Source of the DNA: Rhodospirillales bacterium
Lineage (GTDB): Bacteria > Pseudomonadota > Alphaproteobacteria > Bin95
Length of the DNA: 64,000 nucleotides
NCBI GenBank assembly: GCA_038143065.1
Contig: JAYQLI010000035.1
Coordinates: 704,001-768,000 of the forward strand
Direction of reading: 5' to 3'
Positions 57,952-64,000 of this stretch are shown here, piece by piece (the first letter of the stretch is position 1; each line of letters starts with the position of its first letter). The notes beneath the pieces are model-generated. The model saw nothing but the letters and a program-made list of their open reading frames with translations. It made no database searches and was not told where the DNA came from. The position numbers were made by a program, and so were the translations under genes.

Positions 57952-58500
57952 ATGCCCTTCCGTTTTAGCTACATTGCAGCCGTCTTTGCCGCTGCTGGCG
58001 TTTCCGGTGGTTCTGCAGCAGCCCAGGATCTCGAAAATACACTTTACCTTGATGTTGATGGAGGTCGCGTAACGATTGAAATGCGCCCAGACGTAGCTCC
58101 AATGCATGTGGCGCGAATTAAAGAGCTAACACGTCAAGGTTTTTATGACGGCCTTACTTTTCATCGCGTAATTGATGGCTTTATGGCTCAAACAGGTGAT
58201 CCTAGAGGTGATGGCACCGGGGGATCTGGACAAAACATTACTGCGGAATTTAACCAAATGCCTTTTGAACGTGGTGTTGTCGGAATGGCACGCTCACAGA
58301 ACCCAAACAGCGGTGACAGTCAATTTTTTATTATGTTTGAAGCCGCTCCACACCTTAACGGTCAGTATACAGCCTGGGGACAAGTTGTTGATGGCATGGA
58401 GCACGTTGACGGCATCAAGAAAGGCCATGCCGCAATGAATGGATCTGTGCAGGATCCAGATAAAATATTGAAAATGCAGGTAGCTGCTGACGCTAAATAA
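57952..58500 (+). CDS. Periplasmic cyclophilin-type peptidyl-prolyl isomerase
   Basis: Signal peptide, FYDGLTFHRVIDGFMAQTGDP, GMARS, SQFFI. Confidence 0.93.
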   Translation: MPFRFSYIAAVFAAAGVSGGSAAAQDLENTLYLDVDGGRVTIEMRPDVAPMHVARIKELTRQGFYDGLTFHRVIDGFMAQTGDPRGDGTGGSGQNITAEFNQMPFERGVVGMARSQNPNSGDSQFFIMFEAAPHLNGQYTAWGQVVDGMEHVDGIKKGHAAMNGSVQDPDKILKMQVAADAK

Positions 58501-59296
58501 TCCTACTCTTCAACTGTAAGGTTACCGCGCCCAGTTCACCAATTGAATATTGGGCACGGTCACCAATAGCTGCAAAACGTGTCTTTAATGTGGAGCCGGT
58601 AATCACTACCTGTCCCTGCTTAGCCGTTAGTCCTCTTGAATTTAAATTATTAAGAACAGAGGCTAAAGCATTGAATGGATTACCCATTGCTTCACCTGTT
58701 GTCGCATATTCTTCCACATCGTTGTAAGAAAGACACACAGGGCAATTAACCCAATCAATCTCTTTCCAGCCAATCAATTCTGCCCCTAAGACAACACCCC
58801 CATTCCAAGTATTATCTGCAACTAAAGATAGAGCTTCAAAATCTGAGTAATCGGCTGCTCGATCCTCAATAAGCTCAAAAGCAGGCGCCACAACTGATGT
58901 TACTTCCATGGCAGACGATGCATCAAAGATTTTGTCAGAAGGCTCAATATCTACCCCCAAGACAACCGCGAGCTCAAATTCCAGTCCAAGACGCACATAA
59001 TTACTCGCCCTCACCCTCGTAGGCCCTGCTATAATTGCCTTCTCTAAAACTCCCCCAACACAGGGCTGGTCTATACCACACAATTGCTGCATCGCTGGTG
59101 AGGTAATTGCTATTTTCCAGCCTCCAATAGAGCCAACACCCTCGCTCTCCCAGATTGAATGAAGACGTGTCTGAACAGCATAAGCCTCCTCTAAAGAAGT
59201 TGGCGCTAGATCGTCCTTTAGCCACTCAAATTTTGCTCGCTTTCGATTTTCGGCAAATAGGTGCTGGGCTATTTTCTCAATTCGTTCTGAATTCAA
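58493..59296 (-). CDS. 2-keto-4-pentenoate hydratase-like (FAH superfamily) protein
   Basis: EAYAVQ, GWKIAITSPAMQ, EFELA, VADN, MGNP, VVITGS. Confidence 0.82.
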   Translation of the reverse strand: MNSERIEKIAQHLFAENRKRAKFEWLKDDLAPTSLEEAYAVQTRLHSIWESEGVGSIGGWKIAITSPAMQQLCGIDQPCVGGVLEKAIIAGPTRVRASNYVRLGLEFELAVVLGVDIEPSDKIFDASSAMEVTSVVAPAFELIEDRAADYSDFEALSLVADNTWNGGVVLGAELIGWKEIDWVNCPVCLSYNDVEEYATTGEAMGNPFNALASVLNNLNSRGLTAKQGQVVITGSTLKTRFAAIGDRAQYSIGELGAVTLQLKSRII

Positions 59297-60961
59297 TTTT
59301 TAACTCCATAATCCCGTGCCGCCGCGTTAACGGATATATACCCGTCAGCAATATCTCTTTTAATAGCCTTGAGATCCCGCTCAGCGGGAAGGACCATAAC
59401 CGCCAGCACCAGCCAAGCGAAAACTCACAATGTCACCACGCTTAAGTGATGTTACATCTTTAGATCCAAGGGTTTGGGGGTGAGTATCTGGATTTAATAT
59501 CGTTTCAGCTCGAGCCCCTGCTTTTCCGCCAAAGATACCATAAGGCTGGGTATCATGACGGTCGCCAAGTCCTGTCATGATGGCTTCCTCGGCGAGGAGT
59601 TCAATGTCTTTTCGCAACCCTAAACCACCACGATACTTGCCTGCTCCACCAGTATCTTGAATCAACTCCAGGCAATGAATACGAACCGGATTATGGGTCT
59701 CATGAACTTCCACAGGAATATTGCGACAGTTCATAACAGGGGCTAAAGCCTCTGCACCGTCCTTATCAGAGCGCCAACCGTAGCCACCAAACATTAAGTC
59801 ATACATCACGAAAGGCTTACCTGTTTCAGGGTCTAAACCTCCAATATTTGGATTGCTCCAATGGCTGAAAGCCCCCATGGCTCGATTGGGCATAGCCTTT
59901 GCTAACGCCCCATTTATTGCGTCAAAAATTCTGATTTGAAGCGCTGCACGGCCACCACTTGGAGCTGGAAAAGTGGGATTAAAAAAGCTGCCCGGACGAG
60001 CTTTTGCAATGATGGGGCGCATCCCTCCATCATTTTGTGGTAAGAGCGCGTCGCAATACACCTTTACAGCAAAAAATGTGTATGCCCGAGTATAATTTAT
60101 GTAGCTATTAAGAGCTGCGGGAACTTGATCGCTTGACCTCGAAAAGTCGACTTCTATGACATTTCCATTGATTGTAACGTCCACTGCAACTTTGATTGGC
60201 GGGGTGCCTGGCCCGTAATCATCCATCTGGTCGTCAAAGCTATAAACGCCGTCAGGCATGTCACCAATTAGCTCGCGCATTCTTTTTTCTGAACGTTCTA
60301 AAATCTCGTCAAATGCGCTTTCAGTTACATCACGCCCATATTGAGAATGTAGCTCCTCAAGTCTAACCACTCCCGCACGATTTGCATTAGCTTGGGCTCT
60401 GAGATCGCCCCTCACCTTTTCGGGCGCACGCACATTGCCGAGAATTATTCTCAAAATGTCAGCATCAAATTCTCCCGCTCTGATCAATCTAATTGGAAGA
60501 ATTCGCAAACCCTCTTGGTAGGCTTCAGTAACCCCATGGACTTTTTGAGACCCTGGAGCTGCACCACCAACATCAATATGGTGGGCTGTGGTGCATACAA
60601 AGCCTATGACTTCGTTATTCAAAAAGGCTGGACTGACGAGAAAACAATCAGGAAAATGACCAGACCCTAAAAAACTATCGTTAAGCAGAATTGCGTCGCC
60701 CGGATGTAAATCAGCGATAGGAAAATATTCTAATACCGTCCGAACAACATACGGCATCGAGCCAAGGTGCCCTGGAGTAAAGTTTCCCTGAGCAACCAAG
60801 CGCGCTTGTATATCAAATACACCAGTGGAGAAATCTTCGCCCTCACGAACAGCCTCCGAAAAGGCCGTGCGCCGAAGGGTAGAACCCATTTCCTCCGCAA
60901 TGGCCAAAAGACCATTCCAGATAACTGTCAGCGTTATTGGATCAATATTGGCTTCTTTCAT
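59293..60961 (-). CDS. Hydantoinase B/oxoprolinase family protein; C-terminal frameshift near 59390
   Basis: DPITL.VI, PGHLGSM, GHFPD, HHIDVGG, GGAGKYRGG, AGAGGYG; tail ERD...DIADGYIS...RDYGV ends at 59293. Confidence 0.9.
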
Positions 60962-63029
60962 ACACGACTACCTATGTTAATCCGAATATGGCCATTTTCT
61001 GTAACTATCGCTGTATCACCACTAGGTATAACGATAGTTGCTTCGGGATCCTCAATGATTGCCGGTCCAACTATTTCTGTCCCAACAAAAATCCCTCTGC
61101 GATCATAGATTTTTGTTTCAACAAAGCCGTTTGCTTCTGGTTGCCAGGTCTTTCGTTGCCGGGGGGAATAGATGATTTTGGAACATGCCAACCGAGATCC
61201 AATTTGTCAGAATGCAATGGCAGGGTGGCAACCAAATGCCAATCTACAGCCTCAATAGCAGCCTCATGATCTGCATACCCATAAGTCTTCTCATAAGAGG
61301 CATGAAATGCCTCTGCAACTAGAGCAGGAAAATCACTATTTATAGGACCTTCCGGCAAATCTGTTCTAATTTCGTAACCCTGACCTTTATATCGAAAATA
61401 GCCATATCGATTAAACTTGGGCGTCCCAGGAGCTCCCAGACGCTTCAAATCCTCTGACACACGACTTTCAAGACCTTCATATATTGAACGGCACACCTCT
61501 TCAGCAATGCTTGTTTCAAGATCTAGTATTGAAGTAATCGACACCTCAATTTTAGGTGCCGCCTGCAAAAAGACCAATTGCGCTACCCACACCAGCACCG
61601 AATGGCGTTAAAACCTCTGGCATGCCAATAGCCCGCGCTATTCTCGCAGCATGAGCAGGCCCTGCTCCTCCAAACGCAACTATGGAATAGCGGCGGGGAT
61701 CTCTACCTCTTTCAACAGAGACAATGCGCATCGCCCTTTCCATGTTAGCGTTGGCAACTACATGAATTCCCCAAGCCGCTTCTTCAATACTTAGACCTAA
61801 AGGTTCAGCAACATCTCGAGCGATGCCAGTACGAGCACTTTCGAGGTCAAGTGACATGGCTCCTGCATTAAAGAAGTCAGGGTTCAAATAACCAAGAACT
61901 AGATTGGCATCGGTTACGGTCGCCCTATCACCCCCACGACCGTAACAAATTGGTCCAGGGTCCGCTCCCGCACTATCCGGGCCCACGTGAATAACACCAA
62001 GATCCACTCTGGCAATGGAACCACCACCTGCACCTATCTCCAAAAGCTCAACGGAAGGAACATTAATTGGAAGTCCAGAGCCTGCCTTATAGCGGATGGG
62101 ATCAACTTCAAAAGTTGGCAATACAGCGGGAACACCTCCATCTACAGCCCCAAGCTTGGCTGTAGTACCACCCATATCGAAAGAGATGACATGATTAATA
62201 CCAGCCTCCGCTCCAATTATTCCTGCCATTAGCACCCCTGCAGCAGGACCAGATTCAACAATCCGAATTGGTTCTTCTTTCACAATGTCCGGCGATATAA
62301 GTCCGCCAGCAGACTCCATTACAAACATGGATTGATGAAACCCTTTGCCTGAAAGAGTTCCTTCTAATCGGTCAATATAAGAAGAAACGATTGGCCTAAT
62401 GTAAGCATTGGCAACTGCGGTTGAGGTTCGCTCGTACTCACGAAATTTAGGAGACAGCGAGGAAGCCAAAGTTATTGGAATTCCTGGCAGGATTCTTTTA
62501 GAATGCGTTCAACCTGCTTTTCATGATCGGTGTTTGCGTACGCATGCAGTAAAGCAACAGCTATTGAACTGTAGCCACCATTTTTTATGGAACTGACTAA
62601 CTCTTTGAGAGCTGTTTGGTCTAATGCCTTCAATACCGTACCACGGTGATCTATCCGCTCTGAAACCTCAAATATTGACCGACGAGCGACAAGAGCCGGT
62701 GGTTTTTCCATATATAAATCATAGGTTTCATAGCGCTTCTGACGACCTATGATTAATACATCTTTAAACCCTTCGGTTGTTACTAGGGCGGTCGGTGCCC
62801 CTTTCCTCTCTATTATGGCATTTGTTGCGATCGTAGTTGCGTGTAATACCGCCTCAAGGTCTTTTCCGCTTTGTCCAGCTTCCTGCAAAAGCATATCGAA
62901 GCCTTCTTCTACCGCTTTTGCAGGATCTTCTGGGGTAGTAGGCAGTTTGAGGAAACGAGGGGATACTCCACCAGCCACAAGCACAAAATCAGTGAACGTT
63001 CCGCCAATATCAAAAGCCATTCTCAACAT
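60958..63029 (-). CDS. Hydantoinase A/oxoprolinase family protein; three frameshifts
   Basis: DIGGTFTD, HATTIATN, EYERTSTAVANAY, ESGPAAG, DMGGTTAK, IGAGGGS, AFGGAGP, RYKGQGYE, GPAIIE. Confidence 0.9.
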
Positions 63030-63226
63030 AAAAAGAATGTTGAACCCTCACGTTCAAGACTGCAAGGGATGAACTTAGTTAAAAAAGGTTGACTAAAATT
63101 TCTGGCTTTGCAGTCCACATTCAATTTAACTTTTTGAGATGAGAGCAATGCAAAAAAGCCGCTGTCCCAGCCTAGTTAATCAACCGGAAAGAGGTTATTC
63201 ATACTCTTTCATCAAGAGGCTTAATA

Positions 63227-64000
63227 ATGAAAATCGTAGTAGCAGGCTTGGGGTATGTAGGTTTATCGAATGCCGTTTTACTATCTCAAAAACACGAGGT
63301 CATTGGACTTGATCTTGATCAAGAGCGCGTAAAGATGGTTAACGACCGTCAAGCGCCAATCGTTGACGCAGAGCTTGAGAACTTTTTTGCAAATATAAAA
63401 CTCAATCTATTTGCTACCACTAATCAGAAAGAAGCCTACTCCTCCGCAGATTTTGTTATTGTGGCAACCCCAACTGACTATGATCCTGCAACGAATGAGT
63501 TCAACACATTTACTGTCGAAAACGTTATTGATGATGTTTTGAGTGTAAATAGAAATTCCACCATCGTAATAAAATCGACCATTCCTGTAGGTTTCACGAG
63601 AAACGTGCGCCAAAGGCTGGGGACCCAACAGATAATTTTTTCCCCAGAGTTTCTTCGTGAAGGACGCGCTCTTTTTGATAATCTGCATCCCAGTAGGATC
63701 ATCTTTGGTGATCAGGGTGAAAAAGCAAGCCAATTTGCCAATCTTTTGATTGAAGGATCAGCTGAGGAAGATGTTCCAGTTCTTTTCACTGGAGCTGATG
63801 AAGCCGAGGCAATAAAACTATTCTCAAATACCTATCTAGCTATGCGTGTAGCTTATTTTAATGAATTAGATAGTTATGCATTAGCTGCGGGTATGAATAC
63901 CCAGGAAATAATAGAAGGAGTTGGGTTAGATCCCAGGATTGGCTCGCATTACAACAATCCCTCCTTTGGATACGGCGGTTATTGCCTCCCTAAAGATACC
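63227..64000 (+). CDS. ugd: UDP-glucose 6-dehydrogenase, truncated by the window end
   Basis: Absent from the ORF track (no stop). Read directly: [69 protein letters not shown]. Confidence 0.95.
   Translation, partial: MKIVVAGLGYVGLSNAVLLSQKHEVIGLDLDQERVKMVNDRQAPIVDAELENFFANIKLNLFATTNQKEAYSSADFVIVATPTDYDPATNEFNTFTVENVIDDVLSVNRNSTIVIKSTIPVGFTRNVRQRLGTQQIIFSPEFLREGRALFDNLHPSRIIFGDQGEKASQFANLLIEGSAEEDVPVLFTGADEAEAIKLFSNTYLAMRVAYFNELDSYALAAGMNTQEIIEGVGLDPRIGSHYNNPSFGYGGYCLPKDT

Overview
A gene-dense chromosomal segment of an alphaproteobacterium, probably a streamlined aquatic or marine lineage. This is inferred from class I LysRS, PhaR/PhaA/PhaB, a TAXI binding protein, short intergenic gaps and GC in the mid-40s by eye. 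More than 20 single-base frameshifts, mostly at homopolymers and also in housekeeping genes (gltB, gltD, tgt, phaA), point to an unpolished long-read consensus, so split ORFs are rejoined here as single genes. The window holds phnF, gltBD, queA-tgt, a PHB locus with three PhaR boxes, a phnC/phnZ deletion scar behind a triple Pho-like box, a Zur-controlled zinc island (zrgABC, DUF3299, znuABC, zur), lysS, several catabolic cassettes and the start of ugd. I saw no tRNA, rRNA, CRISPR array or transposase. The two best novelty candidates are (1) an operon joining an IOR-type 2-oxoacid oxidoreductase, a non-canonical four-subunit complex II (B-D-C-A order, TfrA-like flavoprotein without the covalent-FAD His) and a split class I hydratase with rewritten active-site motifs, and (2) a multi-helix RNA structure followed by a terminator-like hairpin in the long gltBD leader.
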